From an uncultured Chlamydiae bacterium (lineage in GTDB: Bacteria > Chlamydiota > Chlamydiia > Chlamydiales > 2-12-FULL-49-11), in the NCBI GenBank assembly GCA_937996705.1, contig CALKUQ010000041.1, forward strand, positions 26,125-90,124: DNA of 64,000 bases. Direction: 5' to 3'. Positions 63,876 to 64,000 of this stretch are shown piece by piece. The notes beneath the pieces are model-generated. The model had not been told where the DNA came from. It worked only from the letters and a program-made list of their open reading frames with translations, and searched no databases. The translations under genes and the position numbers were made by a program. Each line of letters begins with the position of its first letter. The first letter of the stretch is position 1.

Positions 63876-64000
63876 ATGAATGAACTTCACATTATCGAAT
63901 TATTCTGTTTAGTGGATGAGTTCACAAAACGCTATATTTTTACAACAGAGTTTCACCTGGTTGATTTTCCTGCCATTGCCCACAGGGCAGGACAGTCCAC
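63876..64000 (+). mobile_element. 5' end of a transposase-like gene (IS982/IS5-type N-terminus), truncated by the window edge
   Basis: MNELHIIELFCLVDEFTKRYIFTTEFHLVDFPAIAHRAGQS. The ELFCxVDEF motif resembles N-termini of DDE transposases of the IS982/IS5 groups. An inverted repeat GAGTCCCTTTTGG/CCAAAAGGACTC lies just upstream (63827-63871). Confidence 0.45.

Noticed and set aside
1-64000. Search for rRNA, tRNA, CRISPR arrays, prophage or secretion-apparatus genes
   Set aside because: None of the intergenic gaps of 75 nt or more shows a tRNA cloverleaf or rRNA-like sequence. There are no spacer-repeat arrays, no phage structural or integrase genes, and no T3SS apparatus genes.

Overview
This 64 kb window holds about 55 protein-coding genes and one SRP (4.5S) RNA. 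I found no rRNA, tRNA, CRISPR array or prophage. The gene content points to phylum Chlamydiota, probably an environmental, amoeba-associated lineage rather than Chlamydiaceae. The supporting evidence:
- a double-length fused uvrA lying divergent to pyk
- nrdA with extra ATP-cones, plus a class Ic nrdB with Phe at the radical-Tyr position
- NrdR boxes upstream of nrdA
- Inc-like proteins with bilobed hydrophobic domains
- MOMP-like and BBP7-like Cys-poor porins
- a Pmp-like glycine-rich exported protein
- an ankyrin-repeat protein

The housekeeping genes are pyk, uvrA, ffs, ssb, a pseudouridine synthase, a GT9 transferase, phoH2, rmuC, pssA, nrdAB, phr, an M16 protease, htrA, hup, an M50 protease, sucDC, ftsY and priA. 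Between them lie lineage-specific, often A+T-rich islands of unknown function.

The items most worth a second look:
1. A 1194-aa PEP-synthase/PPDK-like dikinase. Its PEP/pyruvate domain is replaced by about 700 aa of unknown sequence ending in a PPxY motif, and a hairpin sequesters its ribosome-binding site.
2. A tightly linked 2OG-oxygenase-like gene, a Pmp-like glycine-rich Fn3 protein and a type-II GT-A-like gene.
3. A 582-aa protein built from about ten novel ~32-aa repeats.
4. A tandem paralog pair of candidate effectors.
5. A 156-bp palindromic element with four GAGGGTC(AGAC) motifs, abutting a fragment related to the partial transposase gene at the window end.
6. A hypothetical protein with a papain-like Cys/His/Asp pattern.

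All functional calls come from motif reading by eye. No database search was run.
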